A stretch of 64,000 bases of DNA from the NCBI GenBank assembly GCA_963661915.1, contig CAVLDT010000002.1:21403-85402 (forward strand), given 5' to 3'. The first letter of the stretch is position 1. Each line of letters opens with the position of its first letter. The notes beneath the pieces were generated by a model, which saw nothing but the letters and a program-made list of their open reading frames with translations, searched no databases and was not told where the DNA came from. Shown here piece by piece: positions 11,092 to 20,196 of this stretch. Source of the stretch: Duodenibacillus sp. Its GTDB lineage: Bacteria > Pseudomonadota > Gammaproteobacteria > Burkholderiales > Burkholderiaceae_F. Both the position numbers and the translations under genes were made by a program.

Positions 11092-11718
11092 TTAGATTAA
11101 GTCGTTTTCGGCACCTTGCGCCAAACGCATCATGCGTTCCACATAACGAGCGATTGTGTCAACCTCTAGATTAACAGGGTCTTGCGCATGTAGATTCTTA
11201 AGCGTTGTCACGGCAACCGTGTGTGGAATGAGATTCACCGTAAAGCGAGACCCCAAGGATGTGTCTTCCACAGAATTGATTGTAAGCGAGACACCATTTA
11301 CGGCAATCGATCCCTTGTACGCTAGATAAGAAGAGAGCTTCACTGGGGCAAGGATGACAAGCTTATAGCTTTCTGCGATCTCTTCCATCGATTCCACTAA
11401 GCCAACACCATCAACGTGACCGCTAACTAGGTGTCCATCGATTCTATCTCCCAAGCGAAGGGCTTTTTCCAAATTAACGGGGCCAAAGGTGTTTAGTCCA
11501 CAGGTTTTCGAGAGGCTCTCTGCACTCACATCAATCGAGAAACTGTCTTCTGTCTTTTGAACAACTGTCATGCAGGCCCCATTCACGGCAATAGAGTCAC
11601 CGATTGCGACATCTTCTAGGGAAAATTCCTTCGGGCAGACAATCGTAAGCCTAAGGCCGTTTCCAAGCTTCTCAGGTTCACGCACCTTACCTACGGCTTG
11701 AATGATTCCAGTAAACAT
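11092..11718 (-). CDS. ribE: Riboflavin synthase (alpha chain)
   Basis: MFTGII start, GDSIAVNGAC, GHLVSGHVDG, KGSIAVNGVSLT. Confidence 0.97.
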   Translation of the reverse strand: MFTGIIQAVGKVREPEKLGNGLRLTIVCPKEFSLEDVAIGDSIAVNGACMTVVQKTEDSFSIDVSAESLSKTCGLNTFGPVNLEKALRLGDRIDGHLVSGHVDGVGLVESMEEIAESYKLVILAPVKLSSYLAYKGSIAVNGVSLTINSVEDTSLGSRFTVNLIPHTVAVTTLKNLHAQDPVNLEVDTIARYVERMMRLAQGAENDLI

Positions 11719-11721
11719 CTT

Positions 11722-12825
11722 TTAATCCTTCTGATTCTTAAATAACGTAAGTCTCACATCGCTGCCTATGTGCTTAGCGGAGGCAAATTTCCAACGCTCA
11801 ATCCCTTCTAAGTTCTCCCGCAAGGGTAACTTCGCAAGCGGCATTCCTTCGCCTAAGAGAATCGGCGCAACATAAAGAAGCAATTCATCAACGAGGCCAG
11901 CCTTAAGGAATTCCCCACTTAAATTTGCCCCTGCCTCTAAGTGCAACTCATTGACATCACGTCTAGCGATTTCTTCTAAAACTTCCTTTAAGGAGAAGTG
12001 CCCTGCGGCATCCGTTTTAAGGCGGAAAATTTCTGCTCCTGCTTTTTCTAGCGGTTCTGTCCTTTCTTTTTCCACCGAATCGCCCACAAAAAGCGTTGTC
12101 TTCGCTCCGTGCAAAATCTTTGCCGTAGGAGGAGTTTTTGCCTCTGGGTCTAGAACAAATTTAACGGGTGTTGGCCACTTTCCCGCCAGTCTTACGTTCA
12201 TCTCGGGATTGTCAGCTAAGACCGTACCAATCCCTGTGAGTATTGCCTGAGAGCGAGCACGATACTTATGCCCGTCCTCTCGCGCGGCCTCGGAAGTAAT
12301 CCAACGACTAACGCCATTTGTAAGCGCTGTTCTACCATCCAAACTTACAGCGCTTTTTAGTCTTACCCAAGGGCGAGCTCGCTTAATACGAGAGAAAAAT
12401 CCTGCGTGTGCAATCCTCGCTTCTTCCTCACAGACACCACAAAGGACATCAATACCCGCTTCTCTTAGGATGCGCCCCCCCTCTCCTTTCACAAGAGGAT
12501 TTGGGTCTTCGACCGCATAGACAACGCGAGAAATTCCTTCCTTTACGAGTCTTTTAGCGCAAGGAGGCGTCCTTCCCTGATGCGAGCAAGGTTCAAGTGT
12601 TACGTAGGCTGTCGCTCCTACGGGAGTAACCCCAGCACGGTACGCGGCCTCGATTGCTTCAATTTCTGCGTGGTTAGACCCTGGGGCCTGTGTGTGCCCA
12701 CGGGCGATTTCAACGCCGTCTTTGACGAGAACACAGCCCACGGAAGGATTAGGCGCGGCGATGAACCGTGCCTTTTCTCCTTCCTTTAAAGCTTCCTGCA
12801 TCCAATAGACATCGTTACGAAGCAT
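11722..12825 (-). CDS. ribD: Bifunctional riboflavin pyrimidine deaminase/reductase
   Basis: PNPSVGCV, HAE, TLEPCSHQGRTPPC, SLDGRTA, WITS. Confidence 0.97.
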   Translation of the reverse strand: MLRNDVYWMQEALKEGEKARFIAAPNPSVGCVLVKDGVEIARGHTQAPGSNHAEIEAIEAAYRAGVTPVGATAYVTLEPCSHQGRTPPCAKRLVKEGISRVVYAVEDPNPLVKGEGGRILREAGIDVLCGVCEEEARIAHAGFFSRIKRARPWVRLKSAVSLDGRTALTNGVSRWITSEAAREDGHKYRARSQAILTGIGTVLADNPEMNVRLAGKWPTPVKFVLDPEAKTPPTAKILHGAKTTLFVGDSVEKERTEPLEKAGAEIFRLKTDAAGHFSLKEVLEEIARRDVNELHLEAGANLSGEFLKAGLVDELLLYVAPILLGEGMPLAKLPLRENLEGIERWKFASAKHIGSDVRLTLFKNQKD

Positions 12826-12839
12826 AGCGAAGTCGATTC

Positions 12840-13307
12840 CTAACGCTTTCTGCGGTCAATCCCTTCCAACTCACGCATGAGTTTTTGGAAGCCCTCGGGA
12901 TTTTCTACATTAAAGTACACGCTTGCAAAGCGGATGTAAGCAACGAGGTCAAGTTTTTTGAGCTGCTCGAGAACGAATTCTCCGATTTGCATCGAACTCA
13001 CCTCACGCTCACCGAGAGTGAGAATCTGTTGCTCGATTGCACCAATCGCCTCTTCAATGCGCTCGTTTCCAACGGGCCGTTTTCTTAAGGCAAGACGCAT
13101 CGATGAGCGAATCTTCTCTCGCTCATAGTCGCGCTTTAAGCCCGTACGCTTGACGACGGTTGGCATATTAAGTTCCACTCGCTCGAAAGTTGTGAATCTC
13201 TTTCCGCACGCCTCACACCGGCGGCGACGACGAATAGAGAAACCATCCTCACTCGCACGAGAATCAATAACGGCCGTATCCTTGGTCTTACAAAACGGGC
13301 AACGCAT
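12840..13307 (-). CDS. nrdR: Transcriptional repressor NrdR
   Basis: MRCPFC, IRRRRRC..CGKRFTTFE, VAYIRFASVY. Confidence 0.98.
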   Translation of the reverse strand: MRCPFCKTKDTAVIDSRASEDGFSIRRRRRCEACGKRFTTFERVELNMPTVVKRTGLKRDYEREKIRSSMRLALRKRPVGNERIEEAIGAIEQQILTLGEREVSSMQIGEFVLEQLKKLDLVAYIRFASVYFNVENPEGFQKLMRELEGIDRRKR

Positions 13308-13324
13308 ACCTCTCACTCCTCTTT

Positions 13325-14584
13325 TTACTTGGCGTAAACCGGGAAACGCGCCGTGAGTTCAAGGACTTCGCCTCTCACACGATCGATAATCTGCGTATTG
13401 CCAGGAGCCTCAAGAATATCCCCGATGAAACCAGCGACCTGGCGCATTTCTTCCTCTTTGAAGCCTCGTGTCGTAGCCGCTGGCGTTCCAAGACGAATGC
13501 CAGAGGTAATCGTCGGCTTTTGAGGATCGTTGTGGATGGCGTTCTTATTAATGGTGATGTTGGCTCGCCCAAGCATATCCTGAGCATCTTTACCCGTAAC
13601 ACCCTTGCTGCGAAGGTCCACAAGCATCACATGGCTTTCCGTACAACCTGAGACAATCCTAAAGCCTCTATCTTCAAGAGAATTTGCCAGCACCTGAGCA
13701 TTTTTGAGAATCTGCTCTGCGTAGGTCTTAAATTCTGGCTTAAGCGCTTCACCGAAGGCGACAGCCTTCGCTGCGATGATATGCATCAAGGGGCCACCCT
13801 GCGTGCCAGGGAAAACCGCCGAGTTGATGACCTTTTCCAAGTCAGGACGCATGAAAATCACACCACCGCGAGGTCCGCGAAGACTCTTATGCGTCGTTGT
13901 TGTCACGATGTCAGCGTAACCGAAGGGTGTGGGATAGACACCTGCGGCAACAAGCGCTGCATAGTGCGCGATATCTGCCATCAGGTAGGCGCCAACACTG
14001 TGTGCAATCTCGGCAAAGCGCTTGAAGTCAATTTTCCGAGAATAGGCGGAGGCCCCTGCAACGATAAGCTTAGGCTTCTCAGCCTGTGCCAAGCGTTCGA
14101 CTTCATCGTAGTCGATTGTCTCATCATCCTTAAGCCCGTAGCTCACAACACGGAAGAAGCGACCCGAGAAGTTAATACGCATACCGTGAGAAAGGTGGCC
14201 GCCATCGGCTAGGCTCATTCCCATCACAGTATCGCCTGGCTTCAGCAGCCCCATAAAGACTGCCATATTGGCTTGTGCCCCAGAGTGTGGTTGCACATTG
14301 GCTGCCATTTCCACACCCACTGGGTCACAGAAAAGAGCCTTAGCGCGGGCGATAGCTAAACGTTCAACGTTATCGACGTTTTCGCACCCTCCGTAGTAGC
14401 GGTGTCCGGGATAGCCCTCGGCGTACTTATTTGTCAGGCAACTGCCCTGCGCCTGCATCACAGCAGGACTCGTGTAGTTTTCACTGGCAATCAGTTCGAT
14501 ATGTTGCTCTTGGCGAATCTTTTCAGCCTGCAGATAAGTCCAGAGCTCAGGGTCGATCTGAGCGATTCCTTCATTGCTAAACAT
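13325..14584 (-). CDS. glyA: Serine hydroxymethyltransferase
   Basis: [33 protein letters not shown] motif. Confidence 0.98.
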   Translation of the reverse strand: MFSNEGIAQIDPELWTYLQAEKIRQEQHIELIASENYTSPAVMQAQGSCLTNKYAEGYPGHRYYGGCENVDNVERLAIARAKALFCDPVGVEMAANVQPHSGAQANMAVFMGLLKPGDTVMGMSLADGGHLSHGMRINFSGRFFRVVSYGLKDDETIDYDEVERLAQAEKPKLIVAGASAYSRKIDFKRFAEIAHSVGAYLMADIAHYAALVAAGVYPTPFGYADIVTTTTHKSLRGPRGGVIFMRPDLEKVINSAVFPGTQGGPLMHIIAAKAVAFGEALKPEFKTYAEQILKNAQVLANSLEDRGFRIVSGCTESHVMLVDLRSKGVTGKDAQDMLGRANITINKNAIHNDPQKPTITSGIRLGTPAATTRGFKEEEMRQVAGFIGDILEAPGNTQIIDRVRGEVLELTARFPVYAK

Positions 14585-14862
14585 TGGATAACCTCGTAAA
14601 AAAGACAAAAAACCATTTGGTGCGAAAGACACAATATCTTGGGTAGCCCTACACCGAGAGAGTCAGATTATAGGGATTTACGGTGTAAAAATCGGGAGTA
14701 AAAATAGAAGAGTTACAGAAAAGAGAAGACTTAAAGAAATACTCTTTTCTTTCAAAGCGCTACAAGAAATATCCTTTGCGATTTTTTAGCCTATTTTTTA
14801 AGCGTTCCTGACAAAATGGCGATGATCCCTTTGTCTTTTGCAGAAACTGCAATAACAAATTG

Positions 14863-16131
14863 CTACTCTAGAGATTCCCAATGGGAGAAATTCGACCAAA
14901 GGGCTGCGGCAGGGAGCGCAAAACAGCCCTTACCGCCAGAACGAACGCGGTCACCTGCGTAGAGCACTATCCCAGTGAAATTCTCTTCTCCAAGAAGTTC
15001 TCGCATCCAATGCAAGTGTCTGAAATCCTCCGAGGAGATGCTCTCTGAAGCTTTAACTTCGATGCCCACGAGGTGCCCTCTTTCATCGGAGACCATGAAG
15101 TCAATTTCGTGACTACGCGAGCGAAAGTAATACAAGTTCCACTCTGGATTCAAATCGAGTTCACTTGCAAGCTGGTTATAGACCCAAGTTTCAAAGAGTT
15201 TCCCGCCCTCGTTCTGAGAGCGTTCATTGTTGTTGAGAATGTCTTCAGGCTGGTAGATTTTCAAAAGATGCGCCATCAGACCTGTATCTGTCATGAAAGG
15301 TTTAGGAGAGATTCCAGGGCGATCAGTATCTTTCTTAGCCCAACCAGGAACCATATCAACCAAGTACAGCGCTTCGATAGCCGAAAGATACGTATTGAGT
15401 GTTACCCACCTCAAATTAAAATCGCTCGCAAGTCTCGCTTTCACCATCGGGCGGCTAGATAATGTAGCTGTACAGAAAAGGACCTCTTCAAGAGTATTTT
15501 TCTTCCGCACTCCCCATTGATCCCGAAGGTCAAGCAAAACCTGATTGGCTAAATAATCCCGAAACCAACTTGTCCGGTGTTTCGGGTTAGAAAAATCACG
15601 TACCTCTGGAAAGCCGCCTGCGAGAACACACTCGAAGATAAGAGGTTTACTGCACTCGAAACTAAGAGAAAGGGGAAGTTTCCCTTCAAACAAAGTCTTA
15701 AGGAAACCTGACGTCTGTCCACGCTTCTCCCCTTCAGTAAGTGTTCGAACCCGAACAAATCCCGCACGCCCCGCAAGCGACTCGTTAGCATGTGGCAGTT
15801 TCCGGTAGTCCGCAGATCCAGAAATAATGTACTGTCCTTTTTGCCGATTGCGGTCAGCTGCGAATTTAATCTCTCCAATAAGAGAAGGCACTTTTTGAAT
15901 TTCATCGATGACCATCACAGTGTCCGCAGTACGACGAACAAAAAAACTAGGGTCTGCCTTTGCCTCAAGAAATGTAGCTTCTTCATCGAGCGACTTGAAG
16001 AGCCGATTTTCTATAGGGGCTTCTAAAAGTAAAGTCGTTTTACCTGACTGACGACAACCAACAACGCTCACGATGCGATGCGTTTCTAACTTTAATTCCA
16101 ATGATTTTTGCGCCCAACGTTTAAGAATCAT
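14863..16131 (-). CDS. AAA_14-type ATPase with C-terminal DUF4143 (PD-(D/E)xK-like) domain
   Basis: Walker A GCRQSGKTT, Walker B VIDEIQ, ESLAGR, GGFPE, DTGL, EIDF...IEVK; GAGG RBS. Confidence 0.9.
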   Translation of the reverse strand: MILKRWAQKSLELKLETHRIVSVVGCRQSGKTTLLLEAPIENRLFKSLDEEATFLEAKADPSFFVRRTADTVMVIDEIQKVPSLIGEIKFAADRNRQKGQYIISGSADYRKLPHANESLAGRAGFVRVRTLTEGEKRGQTSGFLKTLFEGKLPLSLSFECSKPLIFECVLAGGFPEVRDFSNPKHRTSWFRDYLANQVLLDLRDQWGVRKKNTLEEVLFCTATLSSRPMVKARLASDFNLRWVTLNTYLSAIEALYLVDMVPGWAKKDTDRPGISPKPFMTDTGLMAHLLKIYQPEDILNNNERSQNEGGKLFETWVYNQLASELDLNPEWNLYYFRSRSHEIDFMVSDERGHLVGIEVKASESISSEDFRHLHWMRELLGEENFTGIVLYAGDRVRSGGKGCFALPAAALWSNFSHWESLE

Positions 16132-16160
16132 GTGCGTTGTCCTCTAAGTTTCATTTATGG

Positions 16161-16276
16161 CAAAATTCTATAATAGAATTTGTCATTTTTGTTAAATAGA
16201 ATTGCACCAAATTCTATAATAGAGAAGTAAATGCATTGAAATTAGACAATATTATTTCAACGAATTTAGAGGCAAA
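16161..16276. repeat. Degenerate tandem array, about five units of 23 bp, upstream of the AAA_14/DUF4143 gene
   Basis: TAGA core at 16174, 16197, 16220, 16243 and 16267. AAATTCTATAATAGA is exact at 16163 and 16209. Perfect palindrome at 16163-16181. Confidence 0.75.
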
Positions 16277-16310
16277 AAAGGCGGGGATTTGGGGAAAGGA
16301 ATTACACGAA

Positions 16311-16334
16311 CGCCTTTCTTTCGAAAGAAAGGCG
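16311..16334 (-). terminator. Hairpin downstream of mscL, probable terminator
   Basis: Perfect 24-bp palindrome CGCCTTTCTTTCGAAAGAAAGGCG about 24 bp past the mscL stop; weak U tail. Confidence 0.6.
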
Positions 16335-16357
16335 CCTCCTATAAAGAAACTGCTAAC

Positions 16358-16828
16358 TTATTTTTGATTTTTCAGTAAATCACGGATTTCGCGCAGTAAA
16401 ACGACATCTTCGGCTGGCGGTGGTGGTGGAGCGTTTTTCTTTTCCTCTTCCTTTGCCTGTCCAACCATCTTTTCAATGCGATCACGCGCACGTGTTACCG
16501 TCTTGATGAGAAGGAAAATCACAAAGGCTAGTAGCATGAAATGCACAACAGAGGTTAAGAAAGCTCCGTAGCCGAAGACCGTAGCACCCGCTTTAGTAAG
16601 AGCTTCGTAGGTTTCGGGCCCCGCGTAGTTTTCTGGGCGATGCAAGACGAAAAACAGATTTGTGAAATCTGGTTTTCCAACAAGGAAACCGACCAAAGGA
16701 TTGATGATGTCCTTAACTAGGCTATTAACAATCGAGGAGAAAGCGGCACCAATAATGACCGCAACCGCTAGGTCTAGGACATTGCCGCGGGAAATAAATG
16801 CTTGAAATTCTTGAAAGAACTTTTTCAC
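16358..16828 (-). CDS. mscL: Large-conductance mechanosensitive channel
   Basis: RGNVLDLAVAVIIGAAF, SLVKDIINP, LLREIRDLLK. Confidence 0.97.
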   Translation of the reverse strand: MKKFFQEFQAFISRGNVLDLAVAVIIGAAFSSIVNSLVKDIINPLVGFLVGKPDFTNLFFVLHRPENYAGPETYEALTKAGATVFGYGAFLTSVVHFMLLAFVIFLLIKTVTRARDRIEKMVGQAKEEEKKNAPPPPPAEDVVLLREIRDLLKNQK

Positions 16829-16863
16829 GATTTTTCTCTTTTTTAGGGGAGTTTATTTTTAAT

Positions 16864-18939
16864 TTACTTCTTTTTAGCCCAGCTATCACGTAAGCCTACG
16901 GCAAGATTCACGACCGGCGCCTGCGTTGTGTGCTCTACGCGATCTGTGACAAAGTAGCCTGTGCGTTCAAACTGGAAATGGGTATCGGGAGCGGCTAAAG
17001 CGACCGCAGGTTCAACATAACCCGCGTAGACCTTTTTACTCTCGGCATTAAGAACCGTGCGGTAGTCTTCTGCAGAATCGGGATTCGGTTCCGTAAAGAG
17101 TCTATCGTAGAACTTAATCGTCGCTGGAACTGCGGTGGCGGCATCCAACCAATGGATTGCGGCCTTTGTCTTCACGGAGTCTGCTCCAGCGGTTCCCGTC
17201 TTGGTTTCTGGCAGATACTCTGCATGTACACAAACAACGCGACCCGTTTCATCCTTCTCAAAAGACTTTGGAACGATAACGTAACCGTAACGCAAACGAA
17301 CGGGTTTAGCCGGTGTACCATCGGCAGGAACTGTCAAACGACGGTATCCCTTCGGAGGCACCTCTGCGAAATCGTCATCTTCGATCCAAAGCTCTCGACT
17401 CATCGTCATTTCGCGCGTACCCATTTCAGGGATCTGCGGGTGATTCGGAGCCGTGAGAGTTTCGCTAGTGCCCACAGGGTAGTTATCGATAATAAGCTTC
17501 AAAGGATGCACGATACCGAAACGACGCTCGGCACGCTTTTCAAGATCTTCTCTAAGGCTCTGCTCTAAGAGAGCATAGTCAATCCAGCCACCAGCAGCGC
17601 GAGAAACGCCACAGTGCTCAACAAAGTTCTGGATGGACTGCGGAGTAAATCCACGACGACGCAAACCGACGAGCGTTGGCATACGAGGGTCGTCCCAACC
17701 ATCAACGAGTTTCTCATTGACAAGCTGAATGAGCTTACGCTTACTTAAAACGACATAAGTGAGGTTCAAGCGATTGAATTCATACTGATGAGAAAGAAGG
17801 AAGAAGTTCTTTCTCACGACAGAACTGAGAGCGGCCTGTAAGAGCGGCGTAAAGTGTTCTGGCTTTTTAAGAAGAATGTCGAAAAATTTCTCTACATCTT
17901 CTCGCGCGATATTTTCTTTAGAGCGTGAGAAAACCTCTCGCATTTCCTTTTCTGGGTCACTTAATCCGAGCTTATTTTCAAAAGAAAGCGCAGCTCTCAT
18001 GAAGGCTTCTCTCTTCTCCTCAGCAGAGTCTTGCACCTCGCGGATAATCTCAAGCGCTTCCTCAAACTGCGGCGTACGCAACACAGGGATGATGCGCTCA
18101 AGAGCCCAATCGTAGAAAGCTCTCTGGTCATCGAACTCCAAGGTGCAAATCGAATGCGTAATGTTTTCTAGAGAATCTTCAATCGGGTGCGCAAAGGTGT
18201 ACATCGGGTAGATGCACCACGTGTGACCTGTTGCTTGGTGTTCGGCAAAACGAATGCGATAGATTGCAGGGTCACGCAAGTTGATATTGGGAGAGGCCAT
18301 ATCAATCTTTGCACGAAGAACCATTGAACCCTCAGGGTGCTTACCCGCACGCATTTCGCGGAAAATGCGAAGATTTTCCTCTGGCGTTCTATTCCTATAG
18401 GGAGAATCCTTACCAGGCTGTGTAAGGGTACCCCGGTTCTCCCGCATCTCTTCTGCGGTCTGCTCATCAACGTAAGCGTAGCCAGTCTTCACTAGGTGTT
18501 CCGCGAAGGCATACATGTACTCAAAGTAGTTGGAGGCGTAGTAAAGGTTATCCTCATCCTCGTGCTTCCAATCAAACCCGAGCCAGCGCACACTTTCTTC
18601 AATCGCGTCAACGTATTCCTGATCTTCTTTCACAGGGTTTGTATCGTCAAAGCGCATGTGGCAACGGCCGCCATAGTCCCGCGCAAGGCCGAAATCCAAA
18701 CAGATAGCCTTAGCGTGTCCGATGTGAAGATAGCCATTCGGTTCCGGCGGGAAGCGTGTACGAATCTTTGCAACGTCTGGTTTTCCCTTTGCAAGTTGCT
18801 CGGAATACGGTGCAGGGCGACCACACCAATAGCGCGGAAGGTTATTCCCTTCAGCAAGGTCAGCCTCAATGATGTTCCGGATAAAGTTTACGGGCTTACT
18901 ACTTTCGCAAGCCTCTTCGTTTTTCTTAACCTCTGGCAT
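16864..18939 (-). CDS. glnS: Glutamine--tRNA ligase with internal insertion
   Basis: TRFPPEPNGYLHIGH, THSICTLEF, LSKRKL, GWDDPRMPT, FQFERTGYF. Confidence 0.97.
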   Translation of the reverse strand: MPEVKKNEEACESSKPVNFIRNIIEADLAEGNNLPRYWCGRPAPYSEQLAKGKPDVAKIRTRFPPEPNGYLHIGHAKAICLDFGLARDYGGRCHMRFDDTNPVKEDQEYVDAIEESVRWLGFDWKHEDEDNLYYASNYFEYMYAFAEHLVKTGYAYVDEQTAEEMRENRGTLTQPGKDSPYRNRTPEENLRIFREMRAGKHPEGSMVLRAKIDMASPNINLRDPAIYRIRFAEHQATGHTWCIYPMYTFAHPIEDSLENITHSICTLEFDDQRAFYDWALERIIPVLRTPQFEEALEIIREVQDSAEEKREAFMRAALSFENKLGLSDPEKEMREVFSRSKENIAREDVEKFFDILLKKPEHFTPLLQAALSSVVRKNFFLLSHQYEFNRLNLTYVVLSKRKLIQLVNEKLVDGWDDPRMPTLVGLRRRGFTPQSIQNFVEHCGVSRAAGGWIDYALLEQSLREDLEKRAERRFGIVHPLKLIIDNYPVGTSETLTAPNHPQIPEMGTREMTMSRELWIEDDDFAEVPPKGYRRLTVPADGTPAKPVRLRYGYVIVPKSFEKDETGRVVCVHAEYLPETKTGTAGADSVKTKAAIHWLDAATAVPATIKFYDRLFTEPNPDSAEDYRTVLNAESKKVYAGYVEPAVALAAPDTHFQFERTGYFVTDRVEHTTQAPVVNLAVGLRDSWAKKK

Positions 18940-19070
18940 TTGTCCGTTCCAAAAACAAAAACTCGGGAAACAAAGCACGGAAAAAATAACAAAAATCCGC
19001 ACGGGTCTCTTACCAGATGGCAAGAAACCTCTTTAAAAGAAGCATTTTAGCCGAAGAGAATTCCTCTCTT

Positions 19071-19412
19071 CTAAAGAATGGCCGGAATCCAACCATTTGC
19101 GAAGGCAATAAAAAGAAGCGCCCCCGCAAAAATAGATAGAAGTGGCCTTTTAAGGCGCCATTGCAAAAGGACAACTAGGAAGATACTCAAAGAGGCTACT
19201 AGCGCTACGCTCGTTCCCCGTCCTGCCACATCAAAAAGTCCTGCGAGCACTAGGAGCACCATGATTGAGAGCGGGAGAAACTCTCCAAGATCTCGAATCC
19301 AGCGTTGCTCACTTAGGAAACGCTCTCCTAAGAAAAGGGGAATTGCCCGAATAGCAAAAGTCACAACTGCCATACCGAGGATTACAAGTACGAGATAAAG
19401 GGCATCAGACAT
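19071..19412 (-). CDS. azlD: Branched-chain amino acid exporter small subunit (AzlD family)
   Basis: VTFAIRAIP, LP.SIM.LL, LLSIFAG; overlaps the azlC stop. Confidence 0.8.
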   Translation of the reverse strand: MSDALYLVLVILGMAVVTFAIRAIPLFLGERFLSEQRWIRDLGEFLPLSIMVLLVLAGLFDVAGRGTSVALVASLSIFLVVLLQWRLKRPLLSIFAGALLFIAFANGWIPAIL

Positions 19413-20124
19413 GGTCCCCTCCTGCCGCGGCGCGGTGCCTCCCCCAAATAACGCCACAAACCGCACAGATGGCGATGGCAATTAAAAGAGCTTCTGGTGC
19501 GGCTAGATACCAAGCAACCGGGTAGGCCACAACCGCGCACCAAAAAGGCCAGGAACTCTTTCTCGCACGCCACTGTTCTGTTGCGAGCATGGCAAAAAGG
19601 CAAGTGAGAACAAAGTCCATCCCGCGTAGATTTAACTGCAATTGAGCCCCAGCAAGAACGCCTAAAGCCGTGCCGATATTCCACCAAATCTGATTTAAAA
19701 GGCTAAGCGCAAAGACTCTCGAAGAACGCGTCTCTTTCGGTAGTGTTGTCACAAGGGAGAAGGTTTCATCCGTGAGGGCAAAGATGCAGTACCAACGCAT
19801 GAAGCCTTTTTTAGCCAACCTGTCAAAAATCGGAATGGCGTAGAAAGCATGTCTTAAATTGACAACAAACGTTGCAAAGGCGATAGAGAGGACGGAGAAA
19901 CCCGCGACTGCCATGGGAATCATCATAAATTGAGAAGCCCCAGCGTAGACAAAAACAGAACTCGCGAGAATGAACCAAGCGGGGAGCCCCGACTGCATCC
20001 CTAAAAAGCCAAAGGCTATACCGATGGGGATGTAGCCTGCCATCACGGGAATCGTATCCCAAAAAGCAGATTTCCAATCCGCTTTCTCAATTAAAACGTT
20101 TTCGTTTGAATCCTTTGTTTTCAC
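19405..20124 (-). CDS. azlC: Branched-chain amino acid exporter AzlC family permease
   Basis: PVMAGYIPIGIAFG, YAGASQF, VNLRHAFY, LTDETFS. Confidence 0.92.
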   Translation of the reverse strand: MKTKDSNENVLIEKADWKSAFWDTIPVMAGYIPIGIAFGFLGMQSGLPAWFILASSVFVYAGASQFMMIPMAVAGFSVLSIAFATFVVNLRHAFYAIPIFDRLAKKGFMRWYCIFALTDETFSLVTTLPKETRSSRVFALSLLNQIWWNIGTALGVLAGAQLQLNLRGMDFVLTCLFAMLATEQWRARKSSWPFWCAVVAYPVAWYLAAPEALLIAIAICAVCGVIWGRHRAAAGGDHV

Positions 20125-20196
20125 AATGTTTCAGAAACTCAATTCCCCAACTTGGGGCGCTATGATACGGCAAAAAACAGATAACCTCTTTTCCCG

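Noticed and set aside
14590..14700. ZMP/ZTP or glycine riboswitch upstream of glyA
   Set aside because: Conserved aptamer motifs are not visible, and the leader after the -10 is only about 75 nt.
16161..16276. CRISPR array interpretation of the repeats
   Set aside because: Units abut with no unique spacers, are degenerate, and no cas genes are present.
17790..18095. Intein in glnS
   Set aside because: No N-terminal Cys/Ser block, no His-Asn C-terminus, and short for a Hint domain.
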